Part shown: piece by piece, positions 28,185 through 43,716 of the stretch
Position numbering within the stretch: the stretch's first letter is position 1
How the letters are laid out: the number at the start of each line of letters is the position of its first letter
NCBI GenBank assembly: GCA_951406725.2
Contig: OX597825.1
Coordinates: forward strand, 19,840,001-19,904,000
Length of the DNA: 64,000 nt
Reading direction: 5' to 3'
Source of the DNA: Octopus vulgaris
Lineage: Eukaryota
The notes under the pieces: model-generated
What the model saw: the letters and a program-made list of their open reading frames with translations, nothing else
Told to the model about the DNA's origin: nothing
Database searches by the model: none
Made by a program: the position numbers and the translations under genes

Positions 28185-28815
28185 GCCAAGGGTATTTCAT
28201 GATCTAGGAGCATATAAGAGCAATTGTGCATTTTGTCATATATAAACTTTCCCGTGATGACAACCATGTGCAACAAAACGCCAGGATGGATCTAGTACGA
28301 TGGATCAAGAGACTAACCATGTTGTATAGTAAACATTTTTCCTAAGTCGTCTAGCTATGGAATCCTATAGGCGGAGAAGTAGTAATAACCTCACAGAAGA
28401 CCTAGATGCAATCCATCGTGATTTCACAGTGATGATCACGTCAAGAAAACTAGGCTATTTGGAGAGATTGAAGGAGCTGAATCTCCACAAACTACAGAAA
28501 ACGGGATTGGTGTAACAATATATATTTGTGGACGATCTTTGATTATTGAAACTTCGGTTTTGACAGCTATGTTATTCTTCGAATTGGCAGCTACTTCATA
28601 ATCCGGAAGATGCAACCATCTCATCAAACGTCAGGAGACATACTGTAAAAGCTTAGCTTTCAAAAGCCAACAGATTTTCAATATCATGCCAAGGAAATGT
28701 CCATGGATTGGAAGATAATGCACTTAATATGTACAGGCATAACTTATTATCTTCGAGCGCCAAAGAACCAACAGCACACCAAAGTATGCAAATGACGGCG
28801 GATACAAACCCACAC
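28185..28815 (+). pseudogene. Decayed CR1-like LINE ORF2 C-terminal half
   Basis: Across frameshifts: DLG...GWI...SRD...LSRL..LWNP...EDLDAIHRDFT...LGYLERLKELNLHKLQ...SLAFKSQQIFNIMP...KEPT. Confidence 0.7.
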
Positions 28816-29261
28816 TTGTTCCTTCAGTGAGACCACATCCATCGACACTAGATTTAATAGGTTTATTGTATCGTCTTCCAAATGTTTTGTGTTCTTGTCC
28901 CAGTTTATATTTTTTTACATGTGTATATATTTACACACACACACACACACAGACTTACATAGACACAAACACACACACGCATACACACACACAGACGCAC
29001 ACACATACTGCGAACCGTCAACTTGTAAACAAAAATTCCTCCCCTGCCCTCAAACATCTAAATTCGTTAAGAAAGCGCCTGCTGTGCCTGAGGTCAAACC
29101 AATGACCCACATCTCTCATCCCAACTTTGAGCACTGACTAAAATCAAATATCAAAATAATTCAAGCCTTGCCATACACTCCTCCTTCTCCCCTATTATTG
29201 CTATTCCACCCTCTCTCTCCCTCTCCCTCTTCTCACCCAACAACATAGAACTATTCTATAT

Positions 29262-29570
29262 ACTTTTATTCTTTTACATGTTTCAGTCATTTGCATGCGG
29301 CCGTGCTGGGGAACCAACTTGAAAGGGTTTAGTCGGATAAATCGACTCCAGGACTTATGTTCTAAGCCTGGTACTTATTCTATCGGATTTTTTTGCCGAA
29401 CCGCTATGTCACGTGGACGTAAACACATTAACACTGGTTGTCAAGCGGTGGTAGAGGATAAGCACAGATATAAAGACACACACAAACACACATATATACA
29501 ACGAGTTCTCTGTTTTCCTCTACCAAATCAACTCACAAGGCCTTGGTCGACCCGAGTTATAGTAGGAGAC
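29262..29570 (-). mobile_element. SINE group A, diverged 3' two-thirds
   Basis: TGTTTCAGTCATTTG..TGCGGCCGTGCTGGGG...GGTACTTATTCTATCGG...TTGCCGAACCGCTA. Confidence 0.75.
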
Positions 29571-29691
29571 ACAAGTTTCCACGAAGTGCGTCTCAATACT
29601 GAATTTGTTCATTTTTGTTTATATATTTACTACGGATTGCATGAAGCTAATTTTCTTCCTACACCTCGATCCCTGAATCTTAGATTTTTAC

Positions 29692-29722
<31 letters not shown>

Positions 29723-29925
29723 CACAAAGTTCCTGGATATATCTGATTGCGTCGCATCTTGATCCAAAGATTTTGATTTTGGATCTAATTACTACAAATT
29801 AATTTGAATGGAAGCTCTTCTTATGACGCTCATATTTCATTAATTGCCCAACATTCACACAGTGCGTCAGGCTATTCCACTGGAGCATGATGAGGTGACC
29901 AAGTAGTTCACCTCATCGTATAAAT

Positions 29926-30237
29926 CAGGTGTTTCAACCATTTTTTATCTATGGATCCCTGTGATTATTATTTTGTTCTGGCAGACCCCTATAGTCATTC
30001 GATGTTTAAACATACTTCTTTCAAAATCCCTATTCCGTTTTTCACACAATAACTTGTGTAGGTTGAACAACGTAAATCTTCAGAGACTCAATCCAAGTTG
30101 TTTCTTGCAGTACATATCAATATATACATCTAAAACAAATTTTTTCAAGGGACCTTAAAATACTATTTTGTTGTGCGGACCACCAAAAATCTTATATAAC
30201 TTTAAGGGACCATATTAACCCCAGTTGAGTATCACTG
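29926..30237. mobile_element. hAT(Charlie)-like MITE, degenerate
   Basis: Imperfect TIRs CAGGTGTTTCAAC and GTTGAGTATCACTG; 8-bp flanks GTATAAAT and ATATAACT (6/8 match). Confidence 0.55.
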
Positions 30238-30345
30238 ATATAACTGAGTACTCATCTTCGAAACCGACAGGTACACAATGACACACACACGCACACACAC
30301 TCATTCCTTGTTCCATTCCTTGGAATACAGGTCAATATTTAATAT

Positions 30346-30577
30346 CTATTTCTTTATTACCCACAAGGGGCTAAACATAGAGGGGACAAACAAGGACAGA
30401 CAAACGGATTAAGTCGATTGTATCGACCCCAGTGCGTAACTGGTACTTAATTTATCGACCCCGAAAGGATGAAAGGCAAAGTCGACCTCGGCGGAATTTG
30501 AACTCAGAACGTAACGACAGACGAAATACCGCTAAGCATTTCGCCTGGCGCGCTAACGTGTATGCCAGCTCGTCGCC
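30346..30577 (-). mobile_element. SINE group B, full length
   Basis: Intact; 13-bp TSD CAATATTTAATAT at 30333-30345 and 30577-30589. Confidence 0.92.
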
Positions 30578-30949
30578 AATATTTAATATATCACTTACAC
30601 GCCCCTCCTTGGAGCGTCAATCTGATTCTAAGTGCGAAGAGATATCGAATACTAGTAAATGAGTGTTATATATACTACAACGCGTGTACATATATACATC
30701 TTGTTTTTGAGCTGGTTGATATTTGCTCCGATATATTCTTAACCGTTCTGTGCTGTGTAGTGTTATTACATGGATATTATTTCTTTTGGAGGTAGTTTTC
30801 AGTTAATTATATAGATAATCAGTACATGAAATGAAATGATATTACATCCCAGACATCAAAATAAATTCATTTTTAGATGTGATCTGCATTGCATCTAGTG
30901 TAAATATTAGTAGCTGCATATCATTGCTGAACCGGGAAATAAAAAAAGA

Positions 30950-30981
<32 letters not shown>

Positions 30982-31057
30982 TAATAAATAAAACATATGC
31001 ATATATATAAACATATATGTACGTACCTACCTTCACATGTACATATACAGGCATATA

Positions 31058-31443
31058 TGAGTACAGGACACCAAAAAGACGTCGAACACAACGAGAAACG
31101 AAAACATAGACACAAACCCAAGGAACTGGACATTTTTTTAAACAATAAAAAAATAGAGTACTGGACCATTAACACAAAGAAAAAATACCCTTCTTCAGTC
31201 GCTATGATTTCATCTACTCTACGTTTCGAAGGTGAAAGCGAGACGTATCTCCGACAAGAAACTTTCCTTCCTGCGAAAAGCAAATCAATTAAAATTCTGA
31301 GATCTTTTCGCAGAGGGGTAAAAAATGGTAACAAAAACAGGACAGTAACGACAGTACAAATTATAAACAGTAAAAGACAGGACAGGGAAAAACAAGATGA
31401 GAAGGGCTGTTAACGCCGAACGAAAAAAAGTATTACGAACGCG

Positions 31444-31446
<3 letters not shown>
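31058..31446 (-). mobile_element. (TA)n-associated non-coding element, Penelope-terminus-like
   Basis: Shares TGGTAACAAAAACAGGACAGT with 32320-32690; degenerate ...CTTCGAAACGTA motif on the minus strand. Confidence 0.5.
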
Positions 31447-31505
<59 letters not shown>

Positions 31506-32146
31506 CACCCAGCAACATTTGGGAGATAAATGTTATTAACTAATAAAAACAAGGACAACATATCGTATTACTTGAACCCCACAAAAATTAAAATGCCACC
31601 AGCTAAGCAAAAGCTTATTGAAGGAGAAACCAATAAAATCGATGCCCTTCGTAGAGCAAATTTGATGTATAAAACTAGCGTAAAATCAGGAAACAATATC
31701 ACCCAGAGAGGTGGCTGAGGCAGCAGACAAAAATCGCTCCAAATTGGATGCCGTGTAAATAATGGATATATGTAGGCACGCGTGTAAATGAATCTCTTTA
31801 TAAGTATGTATGAATATTTGTAAGTATTCATATATATATATCTAAGTGTGTGTTGGGGGTGTGCGTGTGTGTGGAGGGATGTATGTGTGTATATATCGCG
31901 TACATATATACATATATGTCATTCTAATTACTTATTTTCGCTCTGTACTCGACTAACGCTTCGATCTGAAGCATATGTGTATTGAGTTCTAACACCGGGT
32001 CATTAGCATCATATGCCTAGCAAAATTTTAATGCGTGTGAGTGTGCATAAAGAAATATATAGATAGATACTTGCATATACACATATACATATATATATAT
32101 ACATATATGCATATACATATATACATATATATATATACATATATGC

Positions 32147-32185
<39 letters not shown>

Positions 32186-32204
32186 CATATATGCATATAT
32201 GTTC

Positions 32205-32260
<56 letters not shown>

Positions 32261-32319
32261 TGCATGTATACATACATATATGTACATACATCTATACGTG
32301 TATACATATGCATCTGTGG

Positions 32320-32690
32320 ACACAGGAAGTCATGAAACGTGTACAACAAAAAAAAAACGCGGGGTACGAATACATGGAATATGAACTATTTTTTTCGAAC
32401 CAGGAAAAACAAATGGAAAACAAGACAAAGAATATAAAGACCATCCGTTGTTGGCTGTATTTTATTCTCGTATTTCGAGCATTTAACAACAATATACGCT
32501 TTCGATAAAACAGTTGCTCTCGCAAAGCCAATTATATAACATTTGGGATTTTGCGGAGGGTCAAAATTGGTAACAAAAACAGGACAGTTAAAACAAATAG
32601 GAAGGTTTGCTAAGCCTAAATGAAGTGGCAAACGAGTAAATAAAGCTTGAACAGGAGACAGACAAGAACGCGTCTTCTTCGTTCCAGCTA
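32320..32690 (-). mobile_element. (TA)n-associated element related to 31058-31446
   Basis: GAGGG..AAAA.TGGTAACAAAAACAGGACAGT shared; TA-rich repeats on both sides. Confidence 0.5.
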
Positions 32691-32787
32691 CATATACATA
32701 CATACATAAATATATATATATATATATATATGAACATGTACACACATACACATATATATATTACTGCTGCTTAGATAAATATATATG

Positions 32788-32860
<73 letters not shown>

Positions 32861-33335
32861 TAGTGCTGCCTTGGGTCAAGAGGTTGGCTTCAGGAAGACC
32901 CCCATGTATAGCAACTAAACTCTGCAAGATGCCACACAAACAGGAGAACCCAGTCATGGCTGTCAGATAATGTCTCCGACCCCACCACTCCTAATATCCT
33001 CCCACCTATCTCCAGAGACTGCAACCCCACTTCATTAATATGTATGGGGGACAGCTGAGCGAGTGACCAACAAAATCCACTGTAACAACAAAGATGTACT
33101 GAAGGCAAGGAACATGGAAGCTTTCACCATCTTAAACAAGGAGACCGCCGAGAAAAGTTGCAGGAAATTCCGAAGTCGTCTCGAGACCGTGGTTGAAGTC
33201 AATGGCGATTTTATGGAATGAATTTTCTCTTTAGAATTTCAAGATATTTTAATGTAATTTTCGTAAATACGTCTGTTAAAATGAGATGTCTGTTATTTTG
33301 CGAAGTTTAGACGACAGTTTTTTCATCGCACCCTG
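32861..33335 (+). mobile_element. Tc1/mariner (maT/DD37D-like) transposon 3' part with right TIR
   Basis: VLPWVKRLASGRPHV*QLNSARCH...QSWLSDN...LPPISRDCNP (cf. FQQDSAP.H, WPP.SPD.NP)...LKARNMEAF...CRKFRSRLETVVEVNGDFME*; ends CACCCTG|TA. Confidence 0.8.
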
Positions 33336-33365
33336 TATATATAAATATATATATATACATATGTG

Positions 33366-33409
<44 letters not shown>

Positions 33410-34880
33410 TCAATAATAGGTGACTTAATGTAGAATGATTATCGTCATTTCTTTCTCTTTTGCCTGCGTTGTTTGCCTTTTAAGTGCTGTGGTTTTACTG
33501 GGATCTCCCTTTTAAGTAGAAAGAATAGCTAAAACTCTTTTGACTGCTATTTCTAAACTCGGTGTGTGGTGAGGCAAATCCTTGCTAAACCCTTAATTAC
33601 TTAGTATATATATATGTCTCTGTGTGTGTGTCTGCTCAAGCCGAGGTCTGATTTGCCTTACATTCGACCGTGATAACAAAATTTACCGGTAATATTCTTT
33701 CGTTGATACACTATACAACGCTTTCTTTCATTGATAATTGGTTATGCATATAATTAAAAAGGAAGCTATATTATTGACATGAATCAGACAAGACCTAATT
33801 AATGCATCGAAACCTAATTCATAAATTAATGAAAATATGTCTTCTCCGTAACAATTCTATTTAGCGTCGAATTCACATTTCTGTGTTGAATGTTGCTTTA
33901 AATTCTCCCATATTGAGAATATTCTACAAAATCCATCTATATTCAAATGATATTTGCCTGTTTTGCAGTGTTTATCTAATTCTTGGCCACATTTCCTCGA
34001 AAGAAATTAATTGAGAAATGTCTTACAAGATTTTATCATCGGACAAATTGAGAAGAAAATCGTATGTGGTTGACATTTCATTACTTCCATAATAGCATCT
34101 GCAATTTAGTGTAAAATCTCCGTAGTAAGAAAAACGCACAAGAAGCATTTAACGGGAAATCTTATATATATCCTGCAGTCCTGTTCGTGTTGATGGAGCA
34201 CGTAAACATAAAATAAATGTCCGAAATGCCATAGAGAATGTGGAAAGGAAAGTCTACGCATCTAGAATAAATAAGTAAATGTCCATGGTAACTAGTTTCT
34301 CGAAACTCAACATGATAAGTATGGCTGTTCTGCACAAGCTATTCCAGCCATTGTTTTCCAGAATTTCAAACAAATTACTTGCTATTTAATTTTGGCCATC
34401 GCTGTAACACTCTCGAATGAACAACAGGACTGAACTGATTAAGTATTGATCACATATAAACTGGTATTTCGTATCAAGATCGACCACTTCTACACTGCAA
34501 TTTCTACACCTGCACACGATCTTTCCTTATCAGTTATGGCAAAAACCGCACCTTGGACAATACTCAGACTAACTCGAAATTTATATTTAACGGTCGGCTG
34601 GAGAAAAGGGTTTTAGTTGGAAGTAAAATTATTATTCAAAGGAAAATTTCATATCTTACAATGAATAATTTTATACTACAATTATTTCTATCATTATTAT
34701 CATTCCCAAATACACCAATAAGAAATTCACTGTGAAACAATGTAGGAATTTTGCAATGAAGTATTCATCAAGGACCTGTGTTTTCCCCATCTATCTAGAA
34801 GTGTCGTTCAAAATCTCCTGGGCCTTTCTTTGTTTCCCATCAGAGAACAAAATGTGACATAATATGACATAATGTTGGTG

Positions 34881-34913
<33 letters not shown>

Positions 34914-35033
34914 TGTGTATGTATATATACGTAGACATATATATGTATACGCAAAAATAAATCTCTGAAAGGGTTATAAACAGTAGCATCCACCCTTAGT
35001 GGTTAGCCACATTTAAGTGGCAAATATACTTCA

Positions 35034-35098
<65 letters not shown>

Positions 35099-36324
35099 GC
35101 ATACATCCATATCCATATATATATGTATATGTATATATAAATATGTATATATATAAATATATATATATGCATATATATGTATGTATATATGTATGTATGT
35201 ATGTATGTGTGATTGTGTATAAACTTACGCCAAACGAAACGATTGTAGTTAACATTGCTAATCTAACAGAGAGCTAAATGTGTAGTCCTACACTCTACTA
35301 CCTAATTTCGAAGATGTTCAATGATATGAAAAAAAAAATAACTAAAATCCCGGACAGATAATATCCCTGCGACTGCTCGGCATTAAATTCTTGTAGGTTC
35401 CGTGTAGTATCGTGGAAGGCAAATTAATCCCTCAGAAATTAAAACTGAGAAATGCATGCGATAATAGACATCAAATTTAATGGTTTAATTTTATAGTCAA
35501 CAACGCAGCACATGCACAAGTGACTTATAATCATGATTAAATTTATCGTATAGATGTACAATCTGTATCCCTGCCTATAAATACGACAGTACCATTACAC
35601 ACAGTATATATACGTTATCGTTTACGAGCACATGATTACAATTGTGGAGAACACAGATAAGCTGATAAAAAGAAATGTATGAATGATAGATTATGAATAA
35701 AAGCAAAGTAAAGCATGTCTGTTTATATGCACGTGCATTTTAACCTGTTCTCATAACTGAGTGTACTTGAGGGCACTCCCAGTTGCGTGCAAAATCCTGA
35801 AAGACACTCGCGAAAATCAAAAAGCTTGTGGATTATCATTCTGAATATTGCTGAAGGAAATAATGCACAACACCACGTCATATTTATAAGAAAAAATATG
35901 CACTTCCAGAACTAACTATGGTGGATGTTTTATTTAATTCATTTCAGTTTTGTTTCCGTTTTCTCTCAGTTTTAAGAGGTCATCATAAACGAGGGAAACC
36001 GGTACGTATTTTCCTTCATTGTTCCATGATAAATTTCTGAAGGTCTTTTCTTATTTTCATCTACTCGTGTATAATCACAAACACGCACGCATACACACAC
36101 AAACATTACACACATGCTCATTTCCATGTATATTTATGTTTGTCAGTGTCTCAACAAATTCACGCATTTCTAAGTTAATTTTAAATAAAATTTTTGTTTC
36201 TTTCTACACAGATTATGATCTTAGGATGAAATAACTTTCATTTGCTCAAATATTCTCGCCAAATATAAGAATAAGTATGATATTTTACTTTTCCCCTTCT
36301 CAAAATTCAATATTTATAATATAA

Positions 36325-36525
36325 CTCTTTTACTTGTTTCAGTCACTTGACTGCGGCCATGCTGGAGCACCGCCTTTAATTGAGCAAATTAACCCCAGGA
36401 CTTATTTTTTGTAAGCCTAGTACTTATTCTATCAGTCGCTTTTGCCGAACCGCTAAGTTGCGGGAACGTAAACACACCAGCATCTGTTGTCAAGCGATGT
36501 AGCGGTGACAAACACAGACACACAA

Positions 36526-36580
<55 letters not shown>

Positions 36581-36750
36581 AATATACGACGGGGTTCTTT
36601 CAGTTTCCGTCTACCAAATCCAGTCGCAAGGCTTTGGTCAGCCCGAGGCCATAGTAGAAGACACTTGCCCAAAGTGCTGCGCAGTGGGACTGAACCCGGA
36701 ACCATGTGGTTGGTAAGCAAGCTAATTCCCACGCAGCCACTCCTGCGCCT
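36325..36750 (-). mobile_element. SINE group A, full length
   Basis: Reverse complement of the 5514-type element, with internal (CA)n(TA)n. Confidence 0.92.
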
Positions 36751-36763
36751 ATAAGGTAATTAA

Positions 36764-36980
36764 AGTGGCGAGCTAATAGGGTCGTTAGCGGACAGGACAA
36801 AATGCTTAGCGGTATTTCTTCTGTCTTCATTACATTCTGACTTCAAATCCTGCCGAGATCGACTTTAACTTTCATCCTTTCAGGATCGATAATATATGTA
36901 CCAGTTGAACACTGGGTCCATATGATCGACTTACCCCTTCCCCAGAAATTGCCGCTGTTGCGTCAAAATTTGAAAGCAAT
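36764..36980 (+). mobile_element. SINE group B variant
   Basis: GTGGCGAGCT...AAATGCTTAGCGGTATTTC...TTTCATCCTTTCAGGATCGAT...TACCAGTTGAACACTGGG. Confidence 0.75.
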
Positions 36981-37275
36981 ATAAATGAGGATGTGTAATA
37001 CAGGCTAAACTTTTTCGCTTTGTGGAAAACCAACCAAATTCAAAACAGCACAATCGTTTTACTGAGTGTTAAGGAATTTTTATTTAATAAAAGGAAAACA
37101 AAGTAATCTTATCTAAATATGTATTATTTAAATAAATATATCATGTGGCAATAAGTTTTATTTCACCGAGTAAAGGCGTAGAATCATAGTGTCGTATTTT
37201 TTCACTTGGAAAAATATTACCCACCCACATCCCCATACACACAAGCATACACAAATACATATACATGCATGTATG

Positions 37276-37310
<35 letters not shown>

Positions 37311-37312
37311 AC

Positions 37313-37710
<398 letters not shown>

Positions 37711-37761
37711 TATGTTTGTGTGCCTGTTTGTATGTGTATTTATATATAGATTTACATATTT

Positions 37762-37821
<60 letters not shown>

Positions 37822-38221
37822 TTGCAGACGCACACATACATATGATTCACACGTGATGATACTTCATTACTGAGATCAGGTATTCGGCGGACCGAAACCG
37901 ATCAAACAAATACTATTTTTATTTATACTCGAATCCCATATGCATGTAAGCATGTATGTATGTACATTTGTATGCCTGTATGTATTTATGTGCTCATGTG
38001 AGTGAGATGTCTTTGATTGTGTGTGCATGTTTGTGTGTGTGTGTGTGTATCGATCCACTACGTTTCTTGACGCAAACTAACACGATATAATAAAATAGTT
38101 TAGCCCGATATTTGCAAAAATAAATATAAACAAGCGTACAAACACCCACATATTCAGCGTCATACACACTTACACACTCAGGAAAACAACATTCATACAC
38201 ACCCTTGCGAACGGGCATGTG

Positions 38222-38286
<65 letters not shown>

Positions 38287-38584
38287 ACTCATATATACAT
38301 TTATATAAATGAGAGTTGGAGACGAAAGAGAGAGAAAGAGAGATGCAATGGTTATTTGCATAGACACAGTCTAGCAAATTTCAAAACACAAAAATTATTG
38401 ATCAGATTGAGATTAAGCTAGAAGATTCTTGCTCAAGGTATGTTGAAGTTGGGTCGAATGTTTATAGACTGCTTTTCAAGAGACGCAGAGGATTTGCGTT
38501 GTTGATCATACGGAGGAAAGGTGTTTGGTGCTTTGTAGTAGATCTTGATATTTCCAAATTAACGAAAGTTATGTAACTGAGATA

Positions 38585-38793
38585 TATACCTATATATACA
38601 TATATATGTATATATATGCATATATATATACATTTATATACATATATATATGCATATATATATATACTTATATACATACATATATATATATATACATATA
38701 TATGTATATATATGCATATATATATATACTTATATACATACATATATATATACATATATATATATCCATACATATATATATATATACCCATAC

Positions 38794-38838
<45 letters not shown>

Positions 38839-38982
38839 CATATATATACATACATACATATATATATATACATACATACATATATATATATACATACATA
38901 CATATATATATATACATACATACATATATATATATACATACATACATATATATACATACATACATATATATACATACATACA

Positions 38983-39044
<62 letters not shown>

Positions 39045-39102
39045 CATATATATATATACATACACACATATATATATATATATATATAATATATATATAT
39101 AT
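38585..39102. repeat. Compound (TA)n/(TACA)n array
   Basis: Direct reading. Confidence 0.95.
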
Positions 39103-42100
39103 CGCTTCTTCAGGTACTCTTCCAGTCGATGTGATTCTCCTGTTCCCCTTAGAACAGTAATAAACGAGTGAAGAATCAATATATAGTGCATTATTTGGGG
39201 GTCCTTAAAAAGTGAAAAAGACCATCCCAGAATAATGCAATATCTGTCTCGACACACGGTTTCACATCAGGTAGGATTCAACACAAATTCCTAAACATGT
39301 TTGTGTATGCGTGTGTGGGGTGGGGGTTGTGTGTAATCTATTTTCGGGATTGATCTCCGTCCCGTTATGCTCCCGATATATCTTTTCCAGTCTAGTAGCG
39401 AGCACCTTCATTTCTGCTTCACTACTTCCTAATATGTCAAAGTCTATATCATCTGCTAAGCGCAGACTGGAAATGGACCCACTTCCAGTGGAAACAGGAG
39501 TGTGGATGTTATCAACTGCCCCCCGCAGGAAGACGTAGAAAAGCGCTGGAAAGAAGATGCATCCTTGTTTATATGTCTATAAATGGATTTTCTCCCGGAC
39601 GAAAATTGCAGCCTCTAAATGTTTACGCCACCCATACGGTAAGCGTGCTATGTAGATACATATTTTGTTCTAAAACTGCTTTCATTTCATAATTCTAAAT
39701 TTTTCTTACCTTAAGCGGCGTCATTGTAAATTCATATGTTGTTTATACACTCTATATGTATTGAACTGGACGATTTGATCGTTTTGTGACACTGGCAAGC
39801 CGCAAAAGCAGCAAGTTGCATCTGTTACTCTCGTGATCAATTGCCAGACGATTTCGTTGCACCTATTTCTGAAGTTTAATGCATTTCTTAAAACTATCCT
39901 ACGTCTAGAAGCGGATGTTTCACCGACGAAGATTGCAACGTTCGTCTTTTCGACGATATACATGTGATAAGCATGCTTCACATACATACACACACACACA
40001 CACACACATTCATTCATTCGTACATACATACATACATACATACATACATACATACATACACACACATATGTATGATGAATGACATCGATAAGCGTAAGCT
40101 TTGTTTCATTCATTGACAGTATGTAAGATTATGTATCCCAGCATTCCACAGCGCTATCCCTAAATACGTCATTTTAAAAATAAATTTATATACCTTCGAT
40201 CTAATGCATTGTGTACCTTAATGCAATCTTAATCCAACTTCCTAACATAATCATCAAATTGTGTGTAAATGTGTGTGTGACTGCATAAATATAGTATTTA
40301 TGTATGTGCGTGTGTGTGCATGAGTATGTTTGCGTGCAATAATGTATGTGTGCGTGTGCCTGTGTCTGCAAGTTTGTGTGCGTATATGTTAGACAGAATT
40401 GACTAATTTTTTTCCCCAACGGATTGATTTATTGCAGGAATTAATCTCCAAAATATTATTTTTCGAGTTTAACGCCACATTCAATATCATGAACTCCTTC
40501 AAATCGCGTTTCTCATCAAAGATGATTGTAGTTTGCCACGCGGTCTCCAAAAACGAAGCATTAGAAAGTACAATGAAAATTATCTTTAATCATAATCAGA
40601 AGTGAAATTATTTTCTATATTAATTCACATTTTAATTAATTTCAGCTATGTTGAAATTAATTAAACATTCGGAGAAACAGAAACTTTTATTTACCGCTTT
40701 GTTCTGATCTGTATAAAATAATATTTTTCCTGAACCTTTTTCATTTAAATTTTTCATTTTCTTAACTGATAATGTTGCAAAAAAATAAAACATTATTCTC
40801 TCTTCTTTTTACGTCTGTGACAAGAAAAAGCAACAAGAAACTGCTGTCCATATAATCTATTTTATATGTATTTACATGTGCTGCTTTTATTCTGATTTCA
40901 TTCTACGGAATGCCCATGATACCGTCTCATCTTTTCAAATTATTCATGAAGCAGAACCGAGCTTAATCTTAATATCATTTAATTATGAATGAAATACATT
41001 CCAACAATGATTTCTTTGGTTGAATTATCAGAAACAGTAATCATTGAATTGTAATAATGTCTGCAGGATTTTAAAATAACTTGAATTTCATTAAATACTG
41101 TAAATTACGAATGTGATTTGAACATAAATTATAATTCACTATGCTATTTTTGAAAATTGAGCAAAAGTCAATTTGCATAACGAGTAGGCAATATTCATTT
41201 CCTTTCGTTTATCAACAAAAAAGTACAATATTTTGGAAAAAATGCTGTTGTGGTATTCATGCCTGTAAAATTTCAAACGAGAATGAAAATAGTTTTGTGG
41301 GCTCCCATTATTTGGAGATATCTCAGTTTTAGGAGTTACGTGTACATGAGAGAGAAGCGATCTGTATTTGTTGATTTACTACTTCGGTCAATCATGGTTT
41401 ATGATTCGATGGTTTTAGATCCATCAGCCTGAGGTCAGTATCCTTGTAAAATTCATATTGTATGTGAGGTAGTCCAGCAACAATGAATCTTCTAAGAGAC
41501 AGATCGAGCTTCTAGAAATAACAATCGAATTTCCTTCAAATCGTAAACTACCGTCTTACAAAATGCAGGAAAATCATAGATAATTTTTGTTGTGAGTAGT
41601 TGTCAGTGGAAAACATTCAATCGTAATCCTATTAATCAAATCTGAGCACAGGATAAACAGCAACAGCTGCTGGGTTATTAATATCTCCGTGACAACAAAT
41701 GGTAAAATAGCTAACTATTTCCTTCTTTAAACATGTTAATTACGTCCTCTCACCAAGTTTGGCTTGTATTTATTATTTTTTCAATAGATACAGTTGTTTA
41801 CAGCTCGTAATGTATATATATAAAGAAAGCCTTGTCCTACAATATGTAATTTAATGCTAAATAATGATAACAGGAACATGTTAATTTTTGACAGTTGAAC
41901 TCCTATTTAGGATAACTAAATACTGTCTCCAACACAGGCAAGGGAGACAACTTAATATATTTGCTTTCATGTTCTCAATGAATGGATGCTAAGTCTACTA
42001 CATCTGATTCCAGAGGAGCGACAGTCCGGATACTTACTGATCAGACCATTTATATATATATTCATCTATTTGCGAAAAACGAAATTACTTTCTTGCCAAC

Positions 42101-42473
42101 CCAATTCTAATCACTTAAATTAATGCTAGACTGGTCAACATAACTCTCTTTGAAAATTAGTTTTTGTACTTATATATTATTTGGACAGACTTATTGGCAC
42201 TAAAATAGAACTAATTTTCAAACTAATTTCATTATATCCGTTTACATTTTTGCTCCTTTTTTGGTTTCTTTTATGATTTTGTTTTCGTTTTCTTTTTTAC
42301 TTCAATGTGTTTATATATTGTCTTTCCTTCTGAATGTCTTGTTTTATCCGTGAGTATTTATATCGATGTAACATCTATTATATATCTAAAAAGATCATGA
42401 AACAGCTGTAAACATATGGAACAAACATCTCTTCTCACACACCATATCTGTTATGAGTTTGTGTGAGTGTATG

Positions 42474-42515
<42 letters not shown>

Positions 42516-42573
42516 CATTATATATATATATACATTATATATATATATATATATACATTATATATATATATAC

Positions 42574-42622
<49 letters not shown>

Positions 42623-42727
42623 TTATATATATATATATGCGTGTGTGTGTGTGTCTATGTGTGTGTATGTGTCTGTGTGTACGGACATGCTCCAGCATGG
42701 CTTCAGCTCTGGAGCTGAAACTAGGAA

Positions 42728-42770
<43 letters not shown>

Positions 42771-43645
42771 GGCAATTATATATACATACATATATACACA
42801 TCGGCAATTATATATATGTGTGTGTGTGTGTTTGTTTGTTCATGTGCGTCCGTGTGTAAAATGTATGTGTATATATGCGTGTTTATATGACAACATTTAG
42901 ATCGCGGAGGCTGCAAGTTGCAAATGACCGACGCTACATAGAACGAAATGAATTCACGTCGTATTATACGATATCACCGGCGCTGAACCATGAATTTAGC
43001 TTCAAACAGCATCATGTATCAAACAGTAAATTGTGAATGGAGCGTTCTACATTGGACGCAAGAAGCAGTACACTAAAGCGTATGCGATATTCTCTGATCG
43101 GTGAAACGCTTTGAAATAAAACACCTGATAATCTTCAGTAGAAATGTCACTATCAGCAGTGCAAAAGACAACGCAAATGACCTCGCCCGTGATACCTGGA
43201 TATTGATGTTTACTCACTATGCTAACCTCTTAATAAATACCTGTCAATATAGTAGAAATATATAAAAGATGATATAAATGCGGACTCTATTGTGTCCCAA
43301 TTGTAGGTGATCTGTAGCGCATGCGCCCGCTCATGCGTACTCAGTCTTCAAAAAACTGGCGTCCTCAACTAGCAACGACAAAAATTTAGTTCTTATATTA
43401 AATGGTCATGAAATACTTTTTCTTCTTTACGTTACGATTAACTTTCCGGCAGCCTGCATTTTTCTGTGGAGGGTACTGAATTTCTTTGCTCCATTTTAAT
43501 ACCACATATGGTTACGATATACTTCTATGTACTTATAAATAATTAATGCATTCATACATAATAAATACACATGCACACACACATATATATATGTATACAG
43601 ATAGATATATACATATTTATATAAATAAATACAATAGGTATAAAT

Positions 43646-43710
<65 letters not shown>

Positions 43711-43716
<6 letters not shown>

